From Dictyostelium discoideum (Eukaryota), in contig CM000150.2 in assembly GCA_000004695.1 (NCBI GenBank), forward strand, positions 2,112,001 to 2,176,000: a stretch of DNA of 64,000 bases, in the 5' to 3' direction. The notes below the pieces were generated by a model, which searched no databases, had not been told where the DNA came from, and was given only the letters and a program-made list of their open reading frames with translations. Shown piece by piece: positions 25,156-37,904 of this stretch; the stretch's first letter is position 1; each line of letters begins with the position of its first letter. Both the position numbers and the translations under genes were made by a program.

Positions 25156-27957
25156 ATGTCAGAAGAACCAACCCCAGTTTCAGGTAATGACAAACAACTC
25201 TTGAACAAAGCTTGGGAAATTACCCAAAAAAAAGTAAAATATTATTATTTTTTCTATTCAAAAAAAAAAAAAAAAAAATAAATAAATAAATATAATAAAA
25301 TTTTATTAATTTTTTTTATTATTATTATTATTTTTTAAAAATATTTAGACTTTCACAGCATGGTGTAATTCACATTTACGTAAACTTGGATCATCAATTG
25401 AACAAATTGATACAGATTTTACTGATGGTATTAAATTAGCTCAATTATTAGAAGTTATTTCAAATGATCCAGTATTTAAAGTAAACAAAACACCAAAATT
25501 AAGAATTCATAATATCCAAAATGTTGGTCTCTGTTTAAAACATATTGAATCACATGGTGTTAAATTGGTTGGTATTGGTGCTGAAGAGTTAGTTGATAAA
25601 AACTTAAAGATGACTTTGGGTATGATTTGGACAATCATTCTTCGTTTTGCCATTCAAGATATTTCAATTGAAGAATTGAGTGCCAAAGAAGCCCTTTTAC
25701 TTTGGTGTCAAAGAAAGACCGAAGGTTATGACCGTGTTAAAGTTGGTAATTTCCATACCTCATTCCAAGATGGTCTTGCCTTTTGTGCTCTCATCCATAA
25801 ACATAGACCAGATTTAATCAACTTTGACTCTTTAAACAAAGATGATAAAGCTGGTAACTTACAATTGGCTTTTGATATTGCCGAAAAAGAATTGGATATC
25901 CCAAAGATGTTGGATGTTTCCGATATGCTCGATGTCGTTCGTCCAGATGAAAGATCAGTCATGACCTACGTCGCTCAATACTACCATCACTTTTCTGCCT
26001 CTAGAAAAGCTGAAACCGCCGGTAAACAAGTTGGTAAAGTTTTAGATACCTTTATGTTGTTAGAACAAACCAAATCTGATTATCTTAAAAGAGCCAATGA
26101 ACTCGTTCAATGGATTAACGATAAACAAGCATCACTTGAATCACGTGATTTTGGTGATTCCATCGAATCTGTTCAAAGTTTCATGAACGCTCATAAAGAA
26201 TATAAAAAAACCGAAAAACCACCAAAGGGTCAAGAAGTCTCTGAATTGGAAGCTATCTACAATTCATTACAAACTAAATTACGTTTAATTAAACGTGAAC
26301 CATTTGTTGCACCAGCTGGTCTCACTCCAAATGAAATCGATTCCACTTGGTCCGCTTTAGAGAAAGCTGAACAAGAACATGCTGAAGCCCTCCGTATTGA
26401 ACTCAAACGTCAAAAGAAAATTGCAGTTCTCTTACAAAAATACAATCGTATTCTCAAGAAACTCGAAAACTGGGCCACCACCAAATCTGTCTACCTCGGT
26501 TCCAATGAAACCGGTGACAGTATCACTGCTGTTCAAGCTAAATTAAAGAATTTAGAAGCTTTTGATGGTGAATGTCAATCATTGGAAGGTCAATCAAACT
26601 CTGATCTCCTCAGCATTCTTGCTCAATTAACTGAACTCAACTACAATGGTGTACCAGAACTCACTGAACGTAAAGATACATTCTTTGCTCAACAATGGAC
26701 TGGTGTTAAATCATCTGCTGAAACCTACAAAAACACTCTTTTAGCTGAACTTGAAAGACTCCAAAAGATTGAAGACTCATTGGTCGAATTCGCCAAGAGA
26801 GCCGCTCAATTAAATGTTTGGATTGAAGCTGCCGATGATCATGTATTTGATCCAATCAATGTTGACTCTGTTCAAGGTGTCCAAGAAATTCAAGAGAAAT
26901 TCGACGCTTTCCTCCACGATCAATCACAACAATTCGCTGAATTGGAAGCCCTCGCTGCTTTAACTCAACAACTCCGTGAACTCGGTCGTTCTGAAAACGA
27001 TTATTCAGTCATTTCATACGATGAACTCTCTGCCAAATGGAATAATTTATTGGCTGGTATTGAAGAACGTAAAGTTCAACTCGCCAATGAACTCACCACT
27101 CAAACCAACAACGATGTTCTTTGCCAATCATTCTCTGTTAAAGCAAATGAAATTTCAGATTATGTCCGTGTTACTTTAGATGCCATCTCACAAAACACTT
27201 CATCAGATCCACAAGAACAATTAAACAATATCCGTGCTATCATCACCGCTCATGCTGAAAAGAAACCAGAACTCGATGAATTATACACCATTGCTTCTCA
27301 ACTCGAAGAAGCTCAAGTTGTCGATAACAAACATACTCAACACAGTTTAGAATCAATTAAATTAAAATGGGATAAACTCAATACACTCGCTAAAAAGAAT
27401 GAACAAGTTGTTGAAGGTGAAATTCTTGCTAAACAATTAACTGGTGTTACTGCTGAAGAATTAAGTGAATTTAAAGGTATGTATAATTTATTTATTATAA
27501 ATATTAATTAAATTATTTAAAACTCGTCCAATGATTAATAAATAACTTTTTTTAATTAATTAACATGAACGAAAAAGCCTGCTTCTCACATTTCGATAAG
27601 GACAACGATAACAAATTAAATCGTCTTGAATTCTCCTCTTGCTTGAAGAGTATCGGAGATGAATTAACTGAAGAACAATTAAATCAAGTCATCAGTAAAA
27701 TCGATACCGATGGTAATGGTACCATTTCATTCGAAGAATTTATTGATTACATGGTTTCATCACGTAAAGGTACAGACAGCGTTGAATCAACTAAAGCTGC
27801 ATTCAAAGTTATGGCTGAGGATAAAGATTTCATTACTGAAGCTCAAATTCGTGCTGCTATCTCTGATTCTAAACAAATTGATTATTTACTCGCCAGTATG
27901 CCAGCTGTTGAAGGTGGTTTTGACTACAATTCATTTGCTGAAAAATTATACCAATAA
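25156..27957 (+). CDS. abpA: Alpha-actinin (F-actin cross-linking protein). Three exons: join(25156..25233, 25349..27476, 27578..27957), 861 aa.
   Basis: Exon 1 (MSEEPTPVSGNDKQLLNKAWEITQKK) is followed by exon 2 starting TFTAWCNSHLRK, with two calponin-homology domains (..DGIKLAQLLEVIS.., ..LLLWCQRKTEGY..DGLAFCALIHKHRPDLI..) and four spectrin-like repeats. The ..EFKG donor is GTATGT. Exon 3 begins (A)CFSHFDKDNDNKLNRLEF and carries two EF-hands (DKDNDNKLNRLEF, DTDGNGTISFEEF). This matches Dictyostelium alpha-actinin as I recall it. Confidence 0.9.
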
Positions 27958-28100
27958 ACAAATAATTATTAATTATAAATACATTTTAAAATTATATTAA
28001 TTTAATTTAAAAAAATTAAACATATAACAATATTCTTTTCATTTTTAATAAGTTTTTTTTTTTTTTTAGTCACATAAAGTTAACTGAACATTTCAAACTT

Positions 28101-28230
28101 TGGGAGAATTCAAGACGATTTAATTTGTTATCCTTATCCTTATCGAAATGTGAGTAGCAGGCTTTTTCGTTCATGTTAATTAATTAATTAAAAAAAGTTA
28201 TTTATTAATCATTGGATGAGTTTTAAATAA
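28101..28230 (-). repeat. Inverted partial duplicate of the abpA intron-2/exon-3 junction (original 27519..27645), about 95% identical.
   Basis: The reverse complement of 28101..28230 reads ttatttaaaactcatccaatgattaataaataactttttttaattaattaattaacatgaacgaaaaagcctgctactcacatttcgataaggataaggataacaaattaaatcgtcttgaattctccc. This matches 27519..27645 with a few substitutions. Confidence 0.8.
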
Positions 28231-28879
28231 AATTAGGTTCTTTTTACAATTTAATTTTTTATAGTTTTCAAAAAAAAATGAATATAATCATAACTTATGT
28301 AAAACAAACACTATTATTTATGTGATTGAAAAAATAATTGTTTTAAATTTATTTATAAAAAACAAATCAACCTTTTTTTAAATTAATAATTCCAACGATA
28401 TATAATTTTAAATTAAGTTAACAATAAAACAATTCATTTTTTCGTTTTAATGTATATTTATTTAAAAGATTCAAAATGTATTACAAAAATTTATTATTTA
28501 AAATAATATCAATTTAAAATGTGTTTTTGTTGTTAGCAATGAATAAAGATTAATTCATTTATCAATGTAGTGATTTAAAAAATTTTAGACTTTTAAAATT
28601 GAAATTATGTATAAATGTCATATCCAATGTATGGCTGCATTAATTATAGATCACCAAATGGAGATGTTATTAAAAATCTTAAAGCATTCAAATTTAATAA
28701 AGATGAATAATTAAAGGTAGAAGCACTGGTTATAATGTATGATTCTTTGATTAAATCATTCAATAGAGGTGTTTTTTTTCTTTTTGGTGATATTACAAAT
28801 TTAAGTAGAGAATTGCCAGAACTTGAAGGTTTAGGGTGGTTGGATTATTTGTTTTTTTACAAAACATAAGTGAAAATGG

Positions 28880-29030
28880 ATTTTGATCGTTGCAACGATA
28901 TCCACATTCTATTGTTTTATATTGACATTTTTGACCATAATATGCTGGTGCACATTGACATTGACCATCTAAACAACAAAGACCATTACCAGAACAACCA
29001 GTATTAAAGCAATTACCAAATGAAGGTTTA
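28880..29030 (-). other. Orphan EGF-like coding fragment: ..PSFGNCFNTGCSGNGLCCLDGQCQCAPAYYGQKCQYKTIECGYRCNDQNP.. It may be a remnant of, or an unassembled exon from, a comC/EGF-like gene.
   Basis: The Cys spacing (CSGNGxC..C.C..Y.G..C) matches the EGF-like modules of the neighbouring gene 29889..33041 (CSGNGICDSSLNCICNKGYTSYDCS). I could not build a complete gene model: no convincing start or upstream acceptor was found. Confidence 0.25.
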
Positions 29031-29134
29031 TATCAATAAAATAATAAAATAAATAAATAAATAAAAAAAAAATTAAAAAGTTTTAGAAAATAATTAAAAT
29101 TTAAAAAACTAATTTTGATAAAAAGGAAAGTATG

Positions 29135-29200
29135 TATGTATGTATGTATGTATGTATGTATGTATGTATGTATGTATGTATGTATGTATGTATGTATGAT
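29135..29200. repeat. (ATGT)n microsatellite, about 16 units.
   Basis: A perfect tetranucleotide run is visible. Confidence 0.95.
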
Positions 29201-29202
29201 TT

Positions 29203-29572
29203 ATAAATAACTTTTTTTAATTAATTAATTAACATGAACAAAAAAGCCTGCTTCTCGCATTTCTACAAGGATAAAGACAACAAATTAAATCGTCTTGAGT
29301 TTAGTTCTAGCTTGAAGAGTATCGGAGATGAATTAACTGAAGAATAATTAAATCAAGTCATCAGTAAAATCGACACGGATGGTAATGGTACCATTTCATT
29401 AGAAGAATTTATTGATTACATGGTTTCATCACGTAAAGGTACAGACAGCGTTGAATCAAATAAATGCTGCTATCCCTGATTCTAAACAAATTGATTATTT
29501 ACTTGCCAGCATGCCAGCTGTTGAAGGTGGTTTTGATTACAATTCATTTGCTGAAAATTATTAATAAATTAA
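29203..29572 (+). pseudogene. Degraded direct copy of the abpA 3' EF-hand exon plus about 40 bp of the preceding intron (original 27540..27960).
   Basis: Colinear, about 90% identical: ..ttaattaattaacatgaacaaaaaagcctgcttctcgcatttctacaaggataaagacaacaaattaaatcgtcttgagtt.. It contains an in-frame stop (GAA TAA where abpA has GAA CAA), an internal deletion of about 57 bp (the ..TKAAFKVMAEDKDFITEAQIRAA.. region is missing) and a changed terminus. It has no upstream exons. Confidence 0.75.
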
Positions 29573-29888
29573 TAAAATAAATAAATAAAAAAAAAAAAAA
29601 TTAAAAAGTTTTTGAATAAATATTTAATAAAAATGAAAATAATTTTTTATTTTTAGTTTTTAAAGAAAAGGATTTTTTTTTTTATTTAATCAATAAAACT
29701 TTTAAAAAAACCTAATTTCTTTAGTAAATATTGAATAAAGAAATATTAATCCCTTTCTTTATTGTACCCATTTTTTTTTTTTTTTTTTTTTATATGTTGA
29801 TATTATTTTTATGTATGTATGTATGAATGTATGTGCCAATGTGCACTTAAAGTATTATTACAAGATTATTTAATTGTTGATATGTTTG

Positions 29889-31843
29889 TTATTGTGTTTT
29901 ACAACCTTCACCAACTTTAATAGTATTAAATTTCATTCCATTGTATCTATCATCCAATTCTTCTTCTTCCTCTTCATTTTTGGTTTGTATTGGATTATCT
30001 TTTATTTCTAAATTATTATTATTTCTTTCAATTTCAATATTATCCCTAGTTGAAGTTGTTGAAGTCGAAGGTACAGAGGTTGAATGGGATCTTGGTTTTG
30101 ATATGATTTCTATATTTGGCATTGAATTATTTGGATTATCAACTACAGTATTATAACGTGGTGGTGATTGTGGCATTGGTTGTACTGGTGATGAATCATT
30201 TCTTGTTGTTCTATAGTTATCAACAATATCATTATAATTATAATCTGGTGATAAGGTAATACTTGAAGTCATTGGATTTTCACCTAAATATATTCTTTCA
30301 TGTGATTTATTATTATTATTATCATCATCATCATTATTATTATTATTATTATTATGTTGATTTTGTTGTTGTTTTTGATTTTGTTGTTGTTGTAGTGGAT
30401 TTATTACCATTACATCTCTTGAAGATTTTCTTAATGCTAAATTTATATTTGCAATTGTTCTTTCAACTTTATTACGTTGGTGAATGAAAATTAATGAACC
30501 TAATAATATAACAATACCTAATACACCACAAGCACCAATGAAATAATATTTCCATTTTGAAGAATCTTGATCATTGGTTATTGAATTACGATTTATAGAA
30601 TCAGTATTTGAATGTAAAACAAAGGATGAACCAATTTCAAATGAATTTGAATTACTAATATTTTTAAATGGAATTTTAATTGAAATGAATGCTGTATTAT
30701 TATTAATTATTGGTTTTTGTTGATTCTCTAATAGAGTTGATGTTGCAACTAAATTTGTTAATTCAAATGAATTTGAAAATTTAAATTTATTTGCCAATGT
30801 AAATAATAGGTAATTTGATTCATCCTTTTCTCTAATTAAAATGTAACCATTATCAACTATTTCCGATTCAATTTCTTTTCTACTATCAATTGATTTAATT
30901 TGAAATAGAAATTCAATCATATCATTTCCATCACCTCCAACAGTTGTTGATATTAAAGATTTTATTAAATTATTAATTTCTAATGAAACAATTACAGAAT
31001 TATTTGATATTGGTAAATTTGTACCATAATAATCATAAAATGAATTTGTTGTCGTTGTTGTCGTTTGATTATAAATATAATTTGATTTAATTGAAAATTT
31101 TGAAAATATATTATCATCATTTGTACCACTAAATTCAAAACCATTTTCATTTTTAATTTGATTTTTATTTGTTAAAGATGAAATTGGTATTGTTAATGAT
31201 TGAAATCCTAATGAATTTAAAATTCTAATATGTGAAACTGAAATAATATAACCATTATTTTTATTTAATGTCAATTTAAATGAATTAAAATCATTTGTTT
31301 CTGGTTTTATTATTGTAGTACTTTCTAAATCAACAAATTTAATTGAACAATCATATGATGTATAACCTTTATTACAAATACAATTCAATGAAGAATCACA
31401 AATTCCATTACCACTACAATCATTATTACCATTTAATTGATAATTATTATTATTGAACCAACTTTTTGATGGACATTTTTTCCAAGATGGTAAAAATGGG
31501 AATAAATTATTTAATGAATCACTTGTTACATTACCAATTCTAATATAGGTTAGTGTTGATGATAAATATGAATTTCTAATATAATTAACATTTAAATCAC
31601 ATGTTAATTTTTTATCACTTAATAGTTTAACATTTGGACAATTTTGATTTAATAATATAACTTTAATATCATTACTATTTAAATCTATATTAAAATGGTT
31701 ACCTGATATTGTTACTTTTGAAACACCACTACTTGAATATAAATCAACTTGAGTAATTGTTTCAATAGTTGGTTTTGGAATTCTAAATAAAACTTTTTTA
31801 ATAATATTCTTTTCATCAATTATAATATCATTATCATTATTAA

Positions 31844-31885
<42 letters not shown>

Positions 31886-33041
31886 AAGTGGTTTTATCAG
31901 TTGTATTTACTGAAATTAAATAACCTTCTCTATCATTTGATAAATTGATTAAACTATTTAATGATTTTGGTATTGTTAATTTAAAAGTTATACTTCTACT
32001 ATTTGAATTATAAATTTGTTTTAAATTTTCATTTCCAAATTTAAAATATTTTAAATTTGATTTTGATTTTAAATAAAATGAAATTTCAAAATTTTCATCT
32101 ATAATTTCATTACCAAAACTATAAAAAATTTTAATTTCATTACCACCATCAAATTCAATAATTTCATTTTGTTGTTGATTATTTTCAATTATTGTTGGAA
32201 AGTAAATACCTTTTGAAATACATGAAAATGGTGATTCAATATTAAAAGTGAATGAACAAGTTGATTTATTTTCAATTGGTTGTGACGCATATAATTTATA
32301 AAAGATACTAGATGATGTTGCTTCAATACATTTAAATTTAAATATTGATACTCTATTTGAACATTGATCTATCGAATTATTAAATTGATAATCTTTATCT
32401 TCTAATGATATTGATGTTCTATACTTTAATGTTAATGGATCATTTATTTCATTTGTCATTTCAAATATACCATAATTATAATTTCCAATTTGAAAATTTG
32501 TAAACTCATCACTATTATCATTACTATTGATTTGACATGATTGAGAATTATTGAATGGGCATAAATCAATTATACCGCAAATATTAAATAAATACTAATA
32601 AATAAATAAATAAATAAAATTGATGAAATTAAGAAATAAAAAATAATATATAAAAAAAAATGAAAAAAAATTAATAAGTTTGTGGGAATGTAAAAAAATA
32701 AAAATAAAAATAAAAATAAAAAAATAAAAAAATAAAAAAAAAAATAAAAAAGTGATTAATACGGAATGAGTGTGTGTGGGGTGGGTGGGGGTGTGAAAAT
32801 TGTAATAATTAATAAAAAAGAAATAAATTTAAACATAAAAATATAAACAATTATTAAAAAAAAAAGTACAAACCTTTATTTTATCAGATGAAATTTGATA
32901 ACCACCATTCGCCACTGATATTTCTGAAAGATTGTAAATTGCATTATTAAATGGTGTTTTAAAGACACAATCAATTGGTATGTATGTTGATATTGATAAT
33001 TTAATATTTGATAGTAATAATAAAAATATAAAAATAATCAT
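29889..33041 (-). CDS. Type I transmembrane protein with a signal peptide, an EGF-like module and a polyQ/N-rich cytoplasmic tail. Two exons: join(29889..32594, 32874..33041), minus strand.
   Basis: Exon 1 encodes MIIFIFLLLLSNIKLSISTYIPIDCVFKTPFNNAIYNLSEISVANGGYQISSDKIK and ends at a GTTTGT donor. A ttattag acceptor joins it in frame to YLFNICGIIDLCPFNNSQSCQ...MTNEIND..., which continues into the track ORF 29889..32459. EGF-like module: CSGNGICDSSLNCICNKGYTSYDCS. TM segment: YFIGACGVLGIVILLGSLIFI. The cytoplasmic tail carries QQQQNQKQQQNQHNNNNNNN. Confidence 0.6.
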
Positions 33042-33134
33042 TGTAATTAAAAAATTGTACACATAATTAAAAATACACAATTATATAATTTTACTGATTT
33101 GTTTTTGTATTTTCAAAAAATTCAAGAAGAAAAA

Positions 33135-33180
<46 letters not shown>

Positions 33181-34078
33181 AAAAAAAAATTAAAAAAAAA
33201 AAAAAAAAAAAAAAATTCTAAGCAAAAATGGCCAATCCACAAAAACTTCGAAATCGCGATCGTAAAAAAAATTTTTTTTTTTTAATTATTAAATATTTAT
33301 TTTTTTTTTTTTTTTTTTTTTTTTGGTATTATTTGTTTTATTATTTTATTTTTTTTTTTTTTCTTTTTTTTTAAGATATTAAAAAAAAAAAAAAAAAAAA
33401 ATAACTAAAAATAATAAAATAATCTCTATTATAGTAAATAACTATTAATTTTTTTGATTAGTTTTTAAGACTTATTAATGGATCTAAAAGATTTATTTTT
33501 TTTTTTTTTTTAATGTCTTTTTTTTAAATTTGTCAACAGAACAATTTTAAAGTAAAAATAAAAAAAAATTGTGGTTTAATTTCCAAAACAAACTAAAATT
33601 TATAAATACCCCTAATTTCTAATACATCATCGTCAATAAAATATCTAAAAGATATTTTTTTTTTTTTTTAATTCTAATAATGAAAAAAAAATTAGAAAAA
33701 AAAATGGAAAAAAAAAAAAAAATGAAAATAAAAAAAAAATAGACTATTTTTTTTTTTTTTTTTTTTTATTTCTTTATTCCTTTATTTTTTTTATTTTTAT
33801 TTTTATTATTTAATAAATTTATTAATTTTATTTTTCATATTAAAAAAAAAAAAAAAAAAAGAAATAATAAACAAATTTCTCTTTATTTTTTTTTTTTATT
33901 TTTTTTTTTTTATTTTTTCCCAAATTGTGTTTTTTTTATTTTTTTCATTTTTCAATTCATCCTGGTTGAAATGTCAATAGAGTTTTAGCACACAAAAAAT
34001 AAAATAAAAATATTTTATTCCCAAAAAAAAATATCTTACATCATTAAAATTCGGCTCAACTTGCACTTTTTTTTTTAA

Positions 34079-34114
<36 letters not shown>

Positions 34115-34326
34115 CAGTTTTTAAATAAAAAAAAAAAAAAAAAAAACTGATTTCATTTCGTTTTTTTTTTTTATTTTTTATTTTTTATTTTTTATTTTGG
34201 TTGGTAATTAGAAAGTAGAAGAAAGAAAGAAAAAAAAAAAAAAATATATATATATTATAAAGATTGTAACAATATTGTGTAAATTATTATCTTTATTTTC
34301 AAACACTTTTTTTTTTTTCAATTAAT

Positions 34327-34365
<39 letters not shown>

Positions 34366-34484
34366 ACCAAAACAAATCAAAATCAAAAAAAAAAAATTGT
34401 TCACAAATTTGTGTATGCTTGAAAATTTTTAAAATTTTTTTTTTTTTTTTTTTAAATCTATAAAATTTTTTTAAAAAAAAAAGA

Positions 34485-35580
34485 ATGGTTGGAAAAAGAG
34501 AAGAAAAGAAAAGATTGTTATCAGATGATTCATCGATAACAATCAATGATGATGGAGCAGGTGGAGCCAAATTTGCCGATGAGCCAGAGAAAGATGGATG
34601 TACAACAGGAATTTTACGTGCATTAGGTTTGAAAGAAAAGAAGAAACCAAAGAAGGATATGAATAAAGAGAAAGAGTTTAACGATAAATTCAGAGAGATT
34701 TCAATGTTGGATAAAGATTCAATGTTAAATAGAACTGGATCACCATTATCAGGTTTATCAGAGGAAGAGGTCAAACGTCGTCTTGGAGTTTATGGAAAGA
34801 ATGTAATAGCACAAGTTAAACCAATCTCATGGTATAAATTATTATTTGTTGCATTCACACATCCATTCAATATCGTGTTGACTATTATCGCCACCGTTTC
34901 CATTGCCACCCAAGATTATGCAACCTTTGCAGTTGTAATGTTTATGGTGTTATTATCAGCAGTTTTACGTTTCTATGAAGAGCATAAATCAAGTAAAGCA
35001 TTCATTCATTTGAAATCCTTAGTGAAAACCACTGTAACAGTGTTACGTACTATCAAAGGAGTTAGCACAGAGGTACAAATCGATATTGAAGACGTTGTAC
35101 CAGGTGATATTGTACCATTGAAAGCAGGTGACGTTTTTCCAGGTGATGTTCGTATTTTAGAATCAAATAGTTTATTCGTATCACAATCTTCATTGACCGG
35201 TGAATTTTTACCAGTAGAAAAAGGTCCAGACGCTTCCGAAGAACAAACTACAATTTTCGATACTCCAAATGTTGGTATTATGTCAACAAATATTGTCTCT
35301 GGTAGTGGTATTGGTGTTGTTTTCGATACTGGTTGTAGAACTTATATCTCTTCAATCTCTGAAATTCTTACTTCAACTCAAACTACAAATGCTTTTGATG
35401 TTGGTGTTAAAAAAGTAGCTTATCTTTTAATGGGTTTTGGTGTAGTTTTAGTACCAATCGTTATTGTTATTAATGGTTTAACTACTCATGATTGGGTTGA
35501 TTCAACTATGTTTGGTTTATCTGTTGCTGTTGGGTAAATATTAATCTTTATTATATTTATATTTATATTAATTATATACT

Positions 35581-35628
<48 letters not shown>

Positions 35629-37458
35629 TAATTAAATTTTAGTTTAACACCAGAAATGTTACCAATGATTTTAAATGCAAATCTTGCAAAAGGTGCAGCA
35701 GATATGTCAAAAAAGAAAACAATTGTTAAACAACTTCATTCAATTCAAAATATGGGTGCTATGGATATTTTATGTTCAGATAAAACAGGTACTTTAACAG
35801 AGGATAACGTTAGATTAGATTCTTATATTGGTGGTGATAAAAAGGAATTGGCAGATGTTTTACGTTATTCATTCTTTAATTCATCATTCCAAAAGGGTTT
35901 AAAGAATGTATTGGATAATTCAATCATTTCATATTATAATAATCAATTTGCACCAGGTACAGCCGATGGATCAAATAAAAATCATCATGAACAAGAAGCA
36001 ATTGGTCATGGTGCTGAAGTTAAACCAGATGAAAGATTAATTGAAGGTTATGCATTGGTTGATGAATTCCCATTTGATTTCACTCGTCGTCGTGTATCAA
36101 TTATTCTTTCACAACCAGAATCAAAAGGTAATCTTTTAATTTGTAAAGGTGCAGTTGAAGAAGTTTTATCATGTTGTACACATTTGGCTGTTCGTGATTC
36201 TGAACCAATTTTATTGACTCCAGATTTGAAAGAACAAATGCTTTCAATCACCAATGAATTAAATGTTGATGGTCTTCGTGTACTCTCTGTTGCCACTAAA
36301 GTATTTAGCACCGATATTCCAAGTGATTATGAATATGATGTTAAAAATGATGAAGGTGGTCTCACTTTCTATGGTTTCCTTTCATTCATTGATCCACCAA
36401 AATCAGATTGTGCAGGTGCTATTGAAATGTTAAGAGGTAATGGTATTGAAATTAAAGTATTAACAGGTGATAATTTAGCAGTTGCTAGAAAGATTTGCAA
36501 AGATGTTGGTATCGATACAACTCGTGTTATATCAGGTATTGAATTGGAGAATGCTTCACCAGAGGAATTTGATGAACTTGTCGAACGTTGTACCTTATTT
36601 GCCAAATTAACTCCAATTCAAAAATATAACGTTGTTAAAGCTTTAAAGAAACATAAACATACCGTTGGTTTCTTGGGTGATGGTGTTAATGATGCTTTGG
36701 CCCTTCGTGAAGCTGATATTGGTATCTCTGTAGATACTGCCACCAATATTGCCAAGGATGCTTCTGATATTATTCTTTTGGAAAAGTCACTCACTGTCAT
36801 TAATACCGCCGTTAGAACTGGTCGTATCACTCATGCCAACACTATTAAATACATTAAGATGGCTGCTTCTTCCAATTTTGGTAACGTTTTCTCAATGTTG
36901 ATTGCATCAGCTTGGCTTCCATTCATTCCACTTAAACCACTCCAAATGTTAACTCAAAATCTTTTATACGATTTCTCTCAAATCTCTATCCCTTGGGATA
37001 ATGTCGATGAAGAATACTTAAAGATCCCACATCCATGGAGTGTTAGAAGTTTATTCAAATTTATGGTTTTCTTGGGTCCAATTTCCTCAATTTTCGATGT
37101 TGGTATTTTCTCTTACATGTGGTGGTATTTAGGTTGGACTACAGAAGTTACCCAATCAAGTTTCCAAACTGGTTGGTACGTTGAAGGTCTTATCACTCAA
37201 GTTTTCATCGTTCATATGATTCGTACCGTTAAAGTACCATTTATTCAACGTTGGGCTTCTTGGCAATTAACTGTTAATACCGTAATCATCGCTGCTATTT
37301 GTATTGCAATTCCATATACTCCATTAAGTCCATACTTATTAATGGAAAAATTACCAGCAATGTATTATCCAGGTCTTGCCAGTACTTTTGTTGGTTATTT
37401 CTTATTAACTCAAATTGTTAAAAAGATTTATATGGCTGTATTTGGTGAATGGTTATAA
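34485..37458 (+). CDS. P-type ATPase of the bacterial MgtA (Mg2+-importing, P3B) type. Two exons: join(34485..35533, 35643..37458), about 954 aa.
   Basis: ..FTHPFNIVLTIIATVSIATQDYATFAVVMFMVLLSAVLRFYEEHKS.., TGEFLPVEKG and ..SVAVG|LTPEMLPMILNANLAKGAADMSKKKTIVKQLHSIQNMGAMDILCSDKTGTLTEDNV (DKTGT phosphorylation site). Also KGAVEEVL, LTGDNLAVARKICKDVGI, GDGVNDALALREADIGISV and 10 predicted TM segments. It looks close to bacterial MgtA/MgtB from memory. The intron has a GTAAAT donor and an aattttAG acceptor, phase 2. Confidence 0.8.
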
Positions 37459-37473
37459 AATCTTTCAAAATCT

Positions 37474-37510
<37 letters not shown>

Positions 37511-37904
37511 ATTTTTTTTTATAATCAAAAAAAAATAATTCAAAATGAAATCGAAAATAATTAAGATATCGATATTCGAAAAACTTAAATAAAAATAAAA
37601 ATAAAAAAATAAAATAAAATAAAAAAAAAAAAAAAAATAAAAAAAAAAAAAAAAAATGGTTCGGCAATATACATTTATTTTTGTGATATTTTTCTTCTTT
37701 TATTTTTTTTTTAATTTTTCGATACCATACCAACACAAATACATACTAATTACTGTTTTTTTTTTTAAAAAAAAAACACACACAAAAATAAGTTTTAGAA
37801 TTCAAGATATTTTTTTTTTTTTTTTTTTTTTTTCACTGTTGTTTTTTATTTTTATTTTGGTTTTTTATTTTAATTTTTTTATTTTTTATTTTTACTGGTT
37901 AACC

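Noticed and set aside
25726-25962. Minus-strand ORF 25726..25962 inside abpA
   Set aside because: It is antisense to the first calponin-homology domain of alpha-actinin and has no independent support.
36048-36830. Minus-strand ORFs 36048..36311, 36369..36605 and 36618..36830
   Set aside because: They are antisense to the P-type ATPase CDS, in the higher-GC region that gives long chance ORFs.
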